Shown here in pieces: positions 20,661 to 31,390 of a DNA stretch of 64,000 nucleotides; positions within the stretch are counted from its first letter, which is position 1, and each line of letters starts with the position of its first letter. The translations under genes were made by a program, and so were the position numbers. The notes under the pieces were generated by a model. That model searched no databases and was not told the origin of the DNA. It worked only from the letters and a program-made list of their open reading frames with translations. Source of the stretch: Clostridia bacterium (GTDB lineage: Bacteria > Bacillota > Clostridia > Oscillospirales > CAG-272); the NCBI GenBank assembly GCA_017463125.1, contig JAFTPV010000005.1:7519-71518 (forward strand), in the 5' to 3' direction.

Positions 20661-22802
20661 TTACTTTACACTGAGAATAGCGAACAGTACGACCGACTGC
20701 TCCATATTCTGTGAAACGTTTATCGCCTTTATCTTGGATATTTTCTTTTCGGGATAGGGGTTTTTCCACTCGTACGCAAAGGCCGTGCAGGTGTCAGTTA
20801 TTACGGGAGTGGTGCTGTAACACAGCGACTCAAACCACTGGTGATTATGAGTGAAATAACAGGGTGTTGCACTCTTGTTATCACCGCTAACGTCAATATC
20901 TATCTCTGCGCCGTTCTTGTCTGTGGACTTGCGATGACGCTCGAAGCTGTATTTACTCCAGCCTGCCTCCTTACCGTAGTACACTCCGACAATTTCAACC
21001 GTGCCGTCCTCGTAAGTAACGGCGTAAGCGCCGAGTGCCCAAATGTTTTCGTCCTTGAAGAGATGGCTCGGCTCGAACTTCATCTCCTCCTTCGTGTTAT
21101 GAAGGAAGAGGAGCGAGTCGGCGTATGCATCGGGCTTAACGAGTATCGCGCCCGTATCAACCGATACTCCCGAAAGCTCGTCACCGAATACGGAGAGAGC
21201 CGTCTTTACCCTTTTATCACTTATGTCGGCATCGGATAGCTTTATTTTCATTGCCGCCTTGCTATCATCACCCTTATATAGAGGAGTGACTCCACCGCCC
21301 GCAAAGAGAGCTGACGGCTCACCGCGCATAATAGCGCGCAGGTAGGGTGTTCGTCTTACTATCTCGTGGCAAACGTCGGAAAAGTCAGCATTTGTATACT
21401 CGCTGTTCCAGAGTATGTAAGAGGAGAACATCATCTCAAAGAATATACCGTCTCTTGCGAAGGTAAATTCGTCGGGAACGCACCAGGAGGATACCTCGGC
21501 ACCCTTGATACAGTTCTTTTTCGAGCGCTCGTCCCAATCGCCGAACTGACTGCCGTGAAAGTTTCCGTAAATAACGTCAATTCCGCGCTCCATAAAGCAG
21601 TCCTCCGACGCGTGACCGAGCGAGTGATACCAGTCGAGCATCAGAATGTCCGAGGGAAACATATCGAGCGACTTATAGGTTGACGGAAGATGATAGTGAA
21701 GCCCGTACTTATTATTACCCGAGTAGTCCTTGACACCGACGGGGTTTCCCTTATAATTAATGAAGGTTTGAGCGCTCTCACCCCACATAGCTATTCTTAT
21801 TCCCTTTTTCTTATAGAACTCGTAAAGCCTTAAAATTTCCTTACCTACAAGCTCGTGACCCGTTTTTTCCTTACATTTATCGCACCAGCCGAGAACGCGT
21901 ATCTCGTCGTGACCTATGGAAACGGTCTTTGGCTTAAAGACCTCTATTACCTCCTCGGCAACGTCGAAATAAAGCTCGTAGCTCTTTTCGTTACTTGGGC
22001 AGTACGTATCGGGAAACGGGTCGTCCTGCCTCTCGGCTATCTCGGGGTGGGCTATGCAAAGATAGTATGAGTGAGAAAGTGCCTGAACCTCGGGGATAAC
22101 CTCCATTCCGCGAGAACGGCAGTAGCAGACGAGATCGCGTACCTCCTCTTTAGTAAGATACGAGCCGCCTGCAAGCTCGGTATGAACCGAGTCCTTCCAG
22201 TATACGTCAGAGCCCTGAAGCGCACGGTACTTGCCTTGACCCGGGAATTTATTATTAAGCTGGTCGCAAAATCGCTCCCACGCGGTGTTTATCTCGGGGT
22301 GTCTATCGTACTGCATACCGCCGCCGACCTCTAAAATAACCGTGTTCATCTTGAGGAACGCCATAGTGTCGACAATGCGCTTAAAGCTCTCTATCTTATC
22401 TCTTGCGGGCATATAGAAATGCACACCGCGCATCTCGGTATAGGGCTTATCCTCTACGTGAGTAGACGGAACGGTAAATCCGTTTTCATTATTTATAAGC
22501 TGGATAAGGGTTGAGAGAGCGTATATAGCGCCGCCCTTATCCGCTGCCGTAATGCTGATTTTATTTTCGGTAACGTCGAGGGTGTATTCCTCATTTCCCA
22601 TATCACCCCTGCCGAGCTCAATATCAGCACACTCCGAAACTCTCACGGAATCAATCGCGTATAAGGTTTTAACAAGTGAGGCAAAATACTCCGCAGCCTC
22701 GGAAAAGCTCTCGTCCTTTACACTTATTTTCAGTTTTTTATCTATCTTAAAGCAGCCATCGTCCTCGCGGTAGGTTACTGCCTTGGGGAAAATTTTCTTC
22801 AT
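20661..22802 (-). CDS. GH20-like beta-N-acetylhexosaminidase
   Basis: N-terminal EEYTLDV...GAIYALSTL domain, DKP...RGVH, TKEEVRDLV.YC..RG.EVIPEV...SH, SIGHDE catalytic motif. Confidence 0.8.
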   Translation of the reverse strand: MKKIFPKAVTYREDDGCFKIDKKLKISVKDESFSEAAEYFASLVKTLYAIDSVRVSECADIELGRGDMGNEEYTLDVTENKISITAADKGGAIYALSTLIQLINNENGFTVPSTHVEDKPYTEMRGVHFYMPARDKIESFKRIVDTMAFLKMNTVILEVGGGMQYDRHPEINTAWERFCDQLNNKFPGQGKYRALQGSDVYWKDSVHTELAGGSYLTKEEVRDLVCYCRSRGMEVIPEVQALSHSYYLCIAHPEIAERQDDPFPDTYCPSNEKSYELYFDVAEEVIEVFKPKTVSIGHDEIRVLGWCDKCKEKTGHELVGKEILRLYEFYKKKGIRIAMWGESAQTFINYKGNPVGVKDYSGNNKYGLHYHLPSTYKSLDMFPSDILMLDWYHSLGHASEDCFMERGIDVIYGNFHGSQFGDWDERSKKNCIKGAEVSSWCVPDEFTFARDGIFFEMMFSSYILWNSEYTNADFSDVCHEIVRRTPYLRAIMRGEPSALFAGGGVTPLYKGDDSKAAMKIKLSDADISDKRVKTALSVFGDELSGVSVDTGAILVKPDAYADSLLFLHNTKEEMKFEPSHLFKDENIWALGAYAVTYEDGTVEIVGVYYGKEAGWSKYSFERHRKSTDKNGAEIDIDVSGDNKSATPCYFTHNHQWFESLCYSTTPVITDTCTAFAYEWKNPYPEKKISKIKAINVSQNMEQSVVLFAILSVK

Positions 22803-22815
22803 CGGCTATTTCCTT

Positions 22816-24219
22816 TCAAAATCTGACACGCACCTCAATCATTGAGTGCGCCTTTACGTTTAGTTTTTTATCCTTTATCATATTGTCAAGCATAGTGTAG
22901 AGGTATTCCTCGTCGGTTTCTATGACCTCTGCCGAGTCTATATCAGCGCCGAGGACGTCAAAATCAAGGGTCACAGGCTCAGCCTTTGTGTTTGCGATAA
23001 TGATAACACCCTTTTCCTCATTTTTAGCACCGAGGATATATACCTCCTCATCGTCCGTCCCCGAGGCAACCTCGCAACCCAGCTTATACGCCTGGTTAAA
23101 GGACTTAAAAGCGTAGTAGGTCGGGAATGGGGTGAATGTTAGAGGATTGAAGAGTCCCTTGTAGACCGAAACTCCGAAGCCTGCATCGTAGTAGCATAGC
23201 ATATCAACCTCATTTTTCTGCGAACCGAGAAGGACAGCTAAGGTGTTTGCCGCAACCTCGGGCGTGCCGCGCAGTCTTGCGTCCTGTCGGTACGCGCTCC
23301 ACTCGTTGAGTATGTCGGGTACGTTCTCAAAGCCGTAATTTGCAAGCACCCTTCTGCAATGCTTCTGGCAAGCGAGTATCATCGACGGGCCTACGTTTGT
23401 GTATGCGTGCCAGGAGAAGAAATCAAGCGGCACGTTATTATCTCTGACATAGGAGAGGAACTTATGGGCATAATCTATACGATAGGCTCTCTTGTATTCG
23501 GGATTTGTGTAATCCTTGGTTGAGAAATCAAAATTAGTAACTCCCGTAGCGTCAGGGTCTAGGTAATGGAAGCCTGCAAAGCCCATTGACGCATATCCTC
23601 CGACCATAATCGAGTCACCAAAGCACTTCTTTAAGTGAGTGGCGGCAGTCTTATAGAACTCAAGGAACTGCTCCCTTGTGCCGTGCCAGGTCTGCGCTAT
23701 CTCATCAGGATTTAAGTCGACGTCAGGCTCGTTCCATATCTCCCAATACTTAAGATTATAATGGAAGCCGTCAGCCCAGCCCTCGTTATAATGGCGGATT
23801 ATATGCTCACATATCTCTGCCCACTTCTGAAAGTCCTTCGGGGGATAGACGTGATATGCCTTTATGTTAGCCCAGTTTTCAATAGTTATGCCGAGGCGGT
23901 AAAAAGGCTCTACACCGAAATCTAAGAGCGCCTTCAGCAAAACGTCGGTATGGGCGAAATCATAGGATGCCGGGTCGTTTACGTCAGCATCAAAGTTGCG
24001 GAAGATGTTCGGTATATCGACAAATCTGCCGCCGCCAAACGCACCTGCAACATCGTGAAGCCTTGAATAAGGGATGCCCGCTTCCTCAAGGTAGTGGAAG
24101 AGCTTTGTGTTTACGCTCGCCTCACCGCCGAGAATGGGCGCCTGACCAACTCCGTGCATAGGACGTATCCTTCTGCCTGTTTCGTTATTAAAATCGGTTG
24201 TAACCTTTACTGCTTTCAT
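22816..24219 (-). CDS. GH39-like glycoside hydrolase
   Basis: RLHD, YWEIWNEPD, PLDFFSWHAY, LNEW motifs of clan GH-A/GH39. Confidence 0.8.
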   Translation of the reverse strand: MKAVKVTTDFNNETGRRIRPMHGVGQAPILGGEASVNTKLFHYLEEAGIPYSRLHDVAGAFGGGRFVDIPNIFRNFDADVNDPASYDFAHTDVLLKALLDFGVEPFYRLGITIENWANIKAYHVYPPKDFQKWAEICEHIIRHYNEGWADGFHYNLKYWEIWNEPDVDLNPDEIAQTWHGTREQFLEFYKTAATHLKKCFGDSIMVGGYASMGFAGFHYLDPDATGVTNFDFSTKDYTNPEYKRAYRIDYAHKFLSYVRDNNVPLDFFSWHAYTNVGPSMILACQKHCRRVLANYGFENVPDILNEWSAYRQDARLRGTPEVAANTLAVLLGSQKNEVDMLCYYDAGFGVSVYKGLFNPLTFTPFPTYYAFKSFNQAYKLGCEVASGTDDEEVYILGAKNEEKGVIIIANTKAEPVTLDFDVLGADIDSAEVIETDEEYLYTMLDNMIKDKKLNVKAHSMIEVRVRF

Positions 24220-24289
24220 AGTTTTTTCTCCGGGTTATATAGTATAAATGATGGTTTTCTGGATAGGAGATCATTCTCCTTCCACTTTA

Positions 24290-24318
24290 ATTATAAAATA
24301 CGGGTTGGGTAAAATCAA
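24290..24318 (-). promoter_or_regulatory. Sigma-A promoter for the GH39-GH20-cassette 1 operon
   Basis: TTGATT-17 nt-TATAAT on the minus strand. Confidence 0.65.
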
Positions 24319-24329
24319 CAAAAAGGCTA

Positions 24330-24344
24330 TCGAAAAATTTTCGA
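24330..24344. promoter_or_regulatory. Candidate LacI-family operator
   Basis: Perfect 7-1-7 palindrome TCGAAAA-A-TTTTCGA in the divergent region next to the LacI gene. Confidence 0.45.
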
Positions 24345-24441
24345 ATTTCGTTTGATGTATTCAAATTTGAAATTTATTGTGATATAATTAAAATGCGTTA
24401 GTATGTACATAAGCAAATTTCGCGCAAACGGAGAAGAAAAA

Positions 24442-25413
24442 ATGACACTCACCCAGCTTGCAAAGCTTGCCCACGTTTCAGTTTCCACAGCGTCGAAGGC
24501 ATTCTCTATGAGTCCCGAGGTCAACGAGGAAACAAGAAAAATCATTTTTGATATAGCGAAGCAGCACGACTGCTTCAAAAAGTATTATAACGCCAACTAC
24601 CCGAAGCTCGTTATCGCTATTATCTGCCCTGATATGACGTCAAGCTCGGGACTTGTAAAAAATCTTCAAACAAGACTTTCCGAATACAACTGTGAAATAT
24701 GCGCCACAGCCTCGGCTTTCTCCATTGAGCGTGAGCGCGAGCTTATCGAATATTACGAAAACTACGTTAAGGTCGACGGCATAATTTTGCTTTCTCCTCA
24801 TTCGGTTCCGCCCGCTGATATTGAGGCACACGTTGCGGTTATAGACCCTTATGACGAGAGTGTTCTCGACTGCGAGGACGTTATTGTGGCAATGAGAAGC
24901 GTTGACAACGCATGCGAAGAGGCAATAGACCATTTCATAAGTCGGGGTATTACCGATATTGCATTTATCGGAGATAGCCGTTCATCAAGCAAGCTGGAGC
25001 TTTTCAAAAAATTTATTACCGAAAAGCTAGGCTCGGTCGATAGGGACAAAATATCTATAAGCGACGATATGACTCCAAAAGGCGGTTATGAAGCTATAAA
25101 CTCATTTCTTGACAGAGGGTACGTTCCGCGAGCGATAATAAGCGCTCACTTCAATTGTACGATTGGCGCGTCAAAGGCTGTTTTCCAGCACGGACTTAAA
25201 ATTCCCGAGGACGTGGCGATGATAAGCTTTGGCAACTCAGGCACTATGGAATTCATTTCTCCAAGCCTTACGGGCGTGGATAGCTACGACTACGAGTGCT
25301 GTATCAGAGTAGCCGATTCTCTGATAAACAAAATCAACGGGCAGGAATACGAAAATAGAATATTCTTTAAGAGCAACATCGAATACAGACGCTCCTCGGA
25401 AATTTACGGATAA
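24442..25413 (+). CDS. LacI-family transcriptional regulator
   Basis: TLTQLAKLAHVSVSTASKAF HTH; C-terminal GLKIPEDVAMISF...PSLT sugar-binding domain; GGAG RBS. Confidence 0.92.
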   Translation: MTLTQLAKLAHVSVSTASKAFSMSPEVNEETRKIIFDIAKQHDCFKKYYNANYPKLVIAIICPDMTSSSGLVKNLQTRLSEYNCEICATASAFSIERERELIEYYENYVKVDGIILLSPHSVPPADIEAHVAVIDPYDESVLDCEDVIVAMRSVDNACEEAIDHFISRGITDIAFIGDSRSSSKLELFKKFITEKLGSVDRDKISISDDMTPKGGYEAINSFLDRGYVPRAIISAHFNCTIGASKAVFQHGLKIPEDVAMISFGNSGTMEFISPSLTGVDSYDYECCIRVADSLINKINGQEYENRIFFKSNIEYRRSSEIYG

Positions 25414-25454
25414 GAAAAAAGTGGTTTTTCGTAATGAAAAACCACTTTTTTCTT
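25412..25454. terminator. Bidirectional terminator
   Basis: 19-bp inverted repeat AAGAAAAAAGTGGTTTTTC / GAAAAACCACTTTTTTCTT between convergent genes. Confidence 0.85.
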
Positions 25455-25462
25455 TTATAAAA

Positions 25463-26218
25463 TTATTTCAAAATAAGACCTACGGGACAATGGTCGCTGC
25501 CCATAACGTCGGTGTAAATTACGGCGTCGTCTATCCGCTCTCTCAATCTATCCGATACAATAAAGTAATCTATACGCCAGCCCGCGTTCTTTTCTCTGGC
25601 TTTGAACATATAGCTCCACCAGGAATACTCCACCTTATCGGGATAGAGGTAGCGGTAGGTGTCGGTAAAGCCCGAGGCGAGAAGGTCGCGCATTTTTTGT
25701 CTTTCCTCGTCCGAAAATCCTGCGCTTTGGTGATTGGTTTTCGGGTTCTTGAGGTCAATTTCCTCCTTCGCCACGTTGAGATCCCCACAGTAAACGACGC
25801 ATTTTTCTCTGTCAAGGGCAAAGAGGTACTCGCGCATAGCGTCCTCCCAAGTCATACGGTAATCAAGGCGCAAAAGCTCGCGCTTTGAGTTCGGGGTATA
25901 GGCGCAAACGAGATAAAAATCCTCATACTCGAGGGTTATCACTCTGCCCTCGGTGTCGTGCTCGGGGATACCCAGACCGTACCTTACCGATAAGGGCTTA
26001 TGCTTTGTAAAAATCGCAGTACCTGAGTAGCCCGCGCGCTCGGCGCTGTTAAAGTATGAGTAATATCCCTCGGGAGAGAAATCCGCCTGCCCTTCCTTCA
26101 TCTTCGTTTCCTGAAGGCAGAAGAAGTCAGCGTCAGCGGAGTCAAAAAAGTCGGCAAATCCCTTTCCCAGACAGCTTCTGAAGCCATTTACGTTCCACGA
26201 TATAAATTTCATACCCAC
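25463..26218 (-). CDS. xth: Exodeoxyribonuclease III / AP endonuclease
   Basis: SWNVNG, LQETK, GYSG, GDLN, GWRIDY, GSDHCPV. Confidence 0.95.
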   Translation of the reverse strand: MGMKFISWNVNGFRSCLGKGFADFFDSADADFFCLQETKMKEGQADFSPEGYYSYFNSAERAGYSGTAIFTKHKPLSVRYGLGIPEHDTEGRVITLEYEDFYLVCAYTPNSKRELLRLDYRMTWEDAMREYLFALDREKCVVYCGDLNVAKEEIDLKNPKTNHQSAGFSDEERQKMRDLLASGFTDTYRYLYPDKVEYSWWSYMFKAREKNAGWRIDYFIVSDRLRERIDDAVIYTDVMGSDHCPVGLILK

Positions 26219-26223
26219 ATCCT

Positions 26224-28023
26224 TTATCTCTTCTTGCCGTAAATTTCTCTGAATAAGCGAATTGCCTCGGCAAAGTCCTCTATAGCACCGTTTATTACCT
26301 CGGGGTCGCTCATATCTATTCCTGCAACCTTGAGGCTGTCAAGAGGCGAGATTTTGCCACCGCACTTAAGGAACTCGATGTATTTTGAAACGTAGGCATC
26401 TCCCTCTGTTTCAATGCGCTTAACTATTGCGGAGGCGGCGGAGATGCAGGTTGCATACTTATAGACGTAGAAGGCGGAGTAGAAGTGAGGGATTCTCATC
26501 CACTCGTAAGCTATCTGCCTGTCCTTTACTACCTTAGGACCGAAGTACTTGCAAACGAGCTTTTTATAATGAGAAGAGATAACCTCTGCCGTGAGTGGCT
26601 CACCGCGCTCAGCCTTTGCGTGCATATCACGCTCAAACTCCGCAAACATCGTCTGACGGTAGAGAGTACCCTTGTAGGTTTCCATAAGTCCGTCTAAAAT
26701 TGAGAGTCTTTCATTATCGCTCTCACACTCGGAGAGCTTCTTGTGAGCGAGGAGCAGCTCGTTTACCGTAGAGGCGACCTCTGCTACGAAGATAGTGTAC
26801 TGCGAGTCGTGGGGGAGATTATTCTTTCTCGAAAAATAGGAGTGCATCGAGTGACCTGCCTCGTGTGCAAGAGTTGAAACGTCGTCAAACTTTCCGTTAT
26901 AGTTCAAGAGAATATACGGCTCCGTTTCGGGCGTTCCGGCGCTGAAGGCACCGCCTTGCTTACCAACCGAGGGATAGACGTCTACCCAGCCGCGCTCGGT
27001 AAGACCAGACTTTAGCGTATCATAGTACTCATCGCCAAAGACCTTTGCCATATCGAGAACCTCTGATACCGCCTCGTCGTAGGAATACTCCCTCTCACAC
27101 TCGGAAACGAGTGGTGCGTACAGGTCGTACATATGGAGTCTGTCCACGCCGAGCACCTCGCGCTTAAGCTCGTAGTAATCGTATATCGTCGGAAGAGAGC
27201 GGCGCACCGATTTTATAAGGTTATTGTAAATTACGGGCGTGACCTCATCGCGAAAAGTTGACGCTACGATAGAGCTCTTATAGCCTCTCATTTTTGCTAA
27301 GGTACACTGCTCCTTAACGTAGCTTGAATATAGGGTTCCGAAGGTATTTGCAAATTGCTCGTAGGTCTTGTAAAGAGTCTGGAAGGCAGAACGCCTTACA
27401 CCCCTGTCGCCCGACATAAGATACATAACGTAATTCGTATCAGCGAGCTGTACTTTTTTGCCGTTTTCGTCCTTTATTTTACCAAATTGTAAATCAGAGT
27501 TTGCAAAAATCCCCCTAATGCTCTCGTGACTGTCTATACAGTCGGAGAGCTTTGCCATCAATTTTTCACACTCATCGGAGAGGGTGTAGGGCTTCTCACG
27601 CAGAGTTTTCTCTATCATACGCTCGTAATCCTTAAGCCTCGGCTGCTCCTCGTACCACCGGCTTACAGTCGATCCGTCAAGCCTTAAAATATAGGGGGAT
27701 ACGAACCACGTAGCGCTATCCGCTCTTGCGGCAAGGGTACGCACTCTTGCCACCAGCCCCTGCGCCTTGTTGTTTTTAGTATCCACGACGAAGGCGAGGT
27801 AAGAATAACACCACAGCTTCTCTATTTTCGCGGAGATTTTAGTCACGTCGTCCATCGTGGAGAGAAGACCCTCGGCAGAGGAGAGCATCTCACCCTCGTG
27901 GCGAGAAAACTCGGATATAAGCTTCTCGCAAAGGGAGAAATCCTCCTCAACTGCCGCCTCGTCCTTATAAATGGCACTCAAATCCCACTTGTATTTTGCT
28001 TCTATCTCTTTTCTTTCCAGCAT
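26224..28023 (-). CDS. pepF: Oligoendopeptidase F (M3B)
   Basis: KWDLSAIY, TLAHEAGHSMHS, AEVAST, W.RIPHFY. Confidence 0.95.
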   Translation of the reverse strand: MLERKEIEAKYKWDLSAIYKDEAAVEEDFSLCEKLISEFSRHEGEMLSSAEGLLSTMDDVTKISAKIEKLWCYSYLAFVVDTKNNKAQGLVARVRTLAARADSATWFVSPYILRLDGSTVSRWYEEQPRLKDYERMIEKTLREKPYTLSDECEKLMAKLSDCIDSHESIRGIFANSDLQFGKIKDENGKKVQLADTNYVMYLMSGDRGVRRSAFQTLYKTYEQFANTFGTLYSSYVKEQCTLAKMRGYKSSIVASTFRDEVTPVIYNNLIKSVRRSLPTIYDYYELKREVLGVDRLHMYDLYAPLVSECEREYSYDEAVSEVLDMAKVFGDEYYDTLKSGLTERGWVDVYPSVGKQGGAFSAGTPETEPYILLNYNGKFDDVSTLAHEAGHSMHSYFSRKNNLPHDSQYTIFVAEVASTVNELLLAHKKLSECESDNERLSILDGLMETYKGTLYRQTMFAEFERDMHAKAERGEPLTAEVISSHYKKLVCKYFGPKVVKDRQIAYEWMRIPHFYSAFYVYKYATCISAASAIVKRIETEGDAYVSKYIEFLKCGGKISPLDSLKVAGIDMSDPEVINGAIEDFAEAIRLFREIYGKKR

Positions 28024-28100
28024 AAGACACCTCTGATATTTTTTATATCATTATGTTACCATAAAAAGAGAAATAAATCAAGTGATTATATAAAAAGAGC

Positions 28101-28829
28101 TTAAAAAAGCCAGAAATCAAATATCAGCATAAGCGAAAAGCCAAGCAGCAGCGCGTAACTCTCGTGGCTGGCAGAGCGGCTGTCGCCTTTTGCGGATATA
28201 TCACAGCTTATAACGTATATCATAATACCGCCGGCAAACGCCAAAACAAATGGCAAAAGTGCCGAGCTGATATTTACGGCAAAGTAGCCGATAAAGGTTC
28301 CGACAACCTCGATGAATCCCGTTGCCAGAGCGTAGCCGAGAGCCCGCGTGGGCTTTATCCCCGCCGAAATCATAGGAGGGATTATAACCATTCCCTCGGG
28401 TATATTTTGCAGGGCTATTCCCCCTGCTATAAAAAGTGCCTCATAGGTATCCCCTGTGCCGAAGCCAACTCCTGCGGCAAGCCCCTCGGGCAGATTGTGT
28501 ATTGCGATAGCAATAACAAAAAGCATTGCGGCTCTGCCCCGCTCGTCCTCGGAGGGCAGGAGCTGCTCGGGCAAGAATCTGTCAGCCATATCAAGCACCA
28601 GCGCGCCGAGAAACAGAGCAGGTATCGTTATAAGCGGAGCGAGAGCTCCCCCCGTCTCCAGCGACGGCAATATTAAGCCTATCACAGCCGACCCCAGCAT
28701 GATGCCGGATGCGAAGGACATTATCAGCCCCCCGCACCGCAGAGCAAAGCCGCGAGCCGCAAATCCCAAGATAGCACCGAGTGCGGTTGCGCCACCTACG
28801 CCCAGGGCGGTTAGCATTACTATTTCCAA
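28101..28829 (-). CDS. ZIP-family metal transporter
   Basis: HNLPEGLA and QNIPEG motifs, hydrophobic helices; TTG start. Confidence 0.9.
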   Translation of the reverse strand: MEIVMLTALGVGGATALGAILGFAARGFALRCGGLIMSFASGIMLGSAVIGLILPSLETGGALAPLITIPALFLGALVLDMADRFLPEQLLPSEDERGRAAMLFVIAIAIHNLPEGLAAGVGFGTGDTYEALFIAGGIALQNIPEGMVIIPPMISAGIKPTRALGYALATGFIEVVGTFIGYFAVNISSALLPFVLAFAGGIMIYVISCDISAKGDSRSASHESYALLLGFSLMLIFDFWLF

Positions 28830-28920
28830 AATTTGCCTTTCAATTCTTCGGTTAGTGCGGTTTCCCGCCTATAATTATACTATGCGGCAGATAGCTTTTT
28901 TGAAACGGAGATATACTCAA

Positions 28921-28955
28921 AAAAACGGCGCCAAGCTTTATGCTCGGTGCCGTTT
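28921..28955 (-). terminator. Rho-independent terminator after the PII-like gene
   Basis: AAACGGCGCC...GGTGCCGTTT stem with an A-run on the left (U-tail on the minus strand). Confidence 0.6.
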
Positions 28956-28975
28956 CCAAAGTATAATATATAAAG

Positions 28976-29716
28976 TTACTTATCTTCTTCGCCGTCGATA
29001 TAGTCCTCAAATCTTCCAATGCCTACAAGGTCGTCAACAGGTAAAGAGAAGATTACGGCACTGCCCGGCGTCTTAAGACCGGCGGCATCTCTTACCGCCT
29101 CCATAATTTTGGTCTTATATTCAAGGGTCGTTAAGAAGAATACGCTGTCGGTTTCCTGACTTACGGTCGTACCTATTCTCTGAGCGGCCTTCTCGTTGTT
29201 TACACTCTTGGTGTGGAATACGGTCGCTCCGGTAGCTCCCGCGCCCCTCGCAGCCTCTATTGCGGTATCTGTATACTTTCTGTCGACTATGGCAATTACC
29301 AGCTCGTGCATACGTTTTTTCTCCTTTTTCTTTGAAATGGGTGCCTGCCTTGTTTGCGGCTTGTCGGTTCTCTCGGAGCCCGTGATTATAGCGTCATTTA
29401 TGATATTGGATATACCTGTCAGCGGAACGGTAAAGGCTATTCCGCGTCCAACGAGATAGAGCTTAAGTCCGTGACCTATCTCGCTGAGTATCGTGTGCTC
29501 AAGCTTGCCGGGAATGAGAGAAAGAGTCATCTTTTTATCTATCTCGTTGAATCCAAAATAGTTCATATAGCTGGAGCGGGCGGTTCCGTGACCAAGGCCG
29601 GAAAAGTGCATCGCAACAGCACACTCGTTCACTATCTCTGTGAACCTCTCCTCGTCTTCTCTGTTGATTATGCCAATCAGGAGCTTAACGCGCTTGTTTT
29701 CTGCCGTTTTATTCAT
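28976..29716 (-). CDS. Tandem PII-like (GlnB-fold) protein
   Basis: Two repeats ending in G.GIAFTVP and GSAVIFSLPV; AARGAGATGAT; overlaps the DUF1538 gene. Confidence 0.75.
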   Translation of the reverse strand: MNKTAENKRVKLLIGIINREDEERFTEIVNECAVAMHFSGLGHGTARSSYMNYFGFNEIDKKMTLSLIPGKLEHTILSEIGHGLKLYLVGRGIAFTVPLTGISNIINDAIITGSERTDKPQTRQAPISKKKEKKRMHELVIAIVDRKYTDTAIEAARGAGATGATVFHTKSVNNEKAAQRIGTTVSQETDSVFFLTTLEYKTKIMEAVRDAAGLKTPGSAVIFSLPVDDLVGIGRFEDYIDGEEDK

Positions 29717-31260
29717 TCTGCGTCACTCTCCTTTGCTTTTTTGTTATTTTGCGGTACTCTGTCGTAGGTGTAGCCGTAATCGATAAACGTTTCGCTTGCG
29801 GATACGAACTTACGCGCTCTGTCCTCAGTATTAATCCTGTACGCGAGTCCGCATATCTGTATCGCGATGATAGGCGCCATAGCAACCAGAGCAACGCAAC
29901 CGAAGGCGTCGGTCATAACGTCCGCTGTGGGAAGCGCGTCGCACGCTCCCATACAGAGAGGAAGAACGAAGGCGCTCATCATAATACCGCTGGCAACACC
30001 GCCAGAGTCAAAGGAGATACCCACGAATATCTTGGGTACGAAGAAGGACAGCACCAAGGCAATTATATAACCGGGGATAAGGAACCAAAGTATGTTTATA
30101 CCGGTAAGAACGCGCACAGCGGCAAGTCCCAGCGCCGCGCACACACCGACAGAAAGTCCGAAGCCGGTAGTCTTACCCGAAATGGCACCCGCACTCATAT
30201 CCTCAACGAGCTTGTTAAGCACGTATACCGAGGGCTCTGCCTTAACGATAAAGTAACCGAGAAGCATACTGATGGGAATGAGAGGAAGTCCTCCGAAATA
30301 TCCTGCAAGGCTCCTGCCTATCTCGGTTCCCATAGGAACGAAGCCTACGTTTGCGCCCGTAAGGAATATTGCAAGTCCTACGAGAACGTAAACCATACCG
30401 ACACCGAGCCTTATCATCTGAACCTTGGTAAAGGCACGGGTGACAAGCTGGAAGAGAATTGCAAAGGCGATAATGGGAAGAAGAGCCTTAAGAACCTCAA
30501 GACCGTGATGAAGAAGGCTGTCGGCATAGAGAAGCGCGCCCTCCCTTGTATTTTCAACAACGGTGGGAACCGTTGCGTCATAATCACCGTTTTGTCCTCC
30601 GATTATACCGAGTGCAAGCACGGCGATAATTGGTCCTATGCTGCAAAGACCCGTAATACCGAAGGAGTCGTCGCGGTTATCCGCCGATATTTTTGCCGCC
30701 GAAACGCCCGCACCGATTGACATAATGAAGGGAACGGTCATAGGACCCGTCGTAACTCCGCCCGAATCAAACGCAAGGGGTAAGAACGAGGGTGAAACGA
30801 AGAATGCCATAATAAAGGCGGCAACATAGAAGAGTATCATAAGAAGAGTGAGGCTGATGCCGAATACTATACGCAAAACGGCTATCATAAGGAATATTCC
30901 CACTCCGATAGATACGATATAAACAAGCTCCGTGCTATTTACACGCCCTGCAAGGATGAGAAGGTCGGGCTCTGATATAGTAACGAGAATGCCTATGATA
31001 AAGCTGATTAGCGCGATAAGCCACACCTTGCCGGAGCCGGCAATAGAGCTACCTATCTTTGCACCAAGGGGCTGCATAGACATCTCAGCGCCTGCAGTAA
31101 AGAGGCTCATTCCAAAAACGAGGAACACGACGCCGATGATAAACAGAAGCATATCTCCAACCGGCATCGGAACGATGGTAATGCTCAGCGCAAACACTAT
31201 GAGCGCTATCGGCAAAACCGACTTCAGCGACTCCATTATTTTGTCCTTAATTAAATTCAA
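29713..31260 (-). CDS. DUF1538-family membrane protein (two repeats)
   Basis: SEPDL, AFDSGGVTTGPMTVPF, AEPSV, FDSGGVASG; TTG start with GGAG RBS. Confidence 0.85.
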   Translation of the reverse strand: MNLIKDKIMESLKSVLPIALIVFALSITIVPMPVGDMLLFIIGVVFLVFGMSLFTAGAEMSMQPLGAKIGSSIAGSGKVWLIALISFIIGILVTISEPDLLILAGRVNSTELVYIVSIGVGIFLMIAVLRIVFGISLTLLMILFYVAAFIMAFFVSPSFLPLAFDSGGVTTGPMTVPFIMSIGAGVSAAKISADNRDDSFGITGLCSIGPIIAVLALGIIGGQNGDYDATVPTVVENTREGALLYADSLLHHGLEVLKALLPIIAFAILFQLVTRAFTKVQMIRLGVGMVYVLVGLAIFLTGANVGFVPMGTEIGRSLAGYFGGLPLIPISMLLGYFIVKAEPSVYVLNKLVEDMSAGAISGKTTGFGLSVGVCAALGLAAVRVLTGINILWFLIPGYIIALVLSFFVPKIFVGISFDSGGVASGIMMSAFVLPLCMGACDALPTADVMTDAFGCVALVAMAPIIAIQICGLAYRINTEDRARKFVSASETFIDYGYTYDRVPQNNKKAKESDAE

Positions 31261-31390
31261 GACCTTCTCCTTTCATAAAAACAGAGCGAAACGTATTTAA
31301 CCATATATATTTTATCAAAAAAGCTAAAATTTTCAAGTGTTGTTTTCTAAAAACAGACCTTGATTTTTAAGCCCCGCGCCAAAGACTCTG

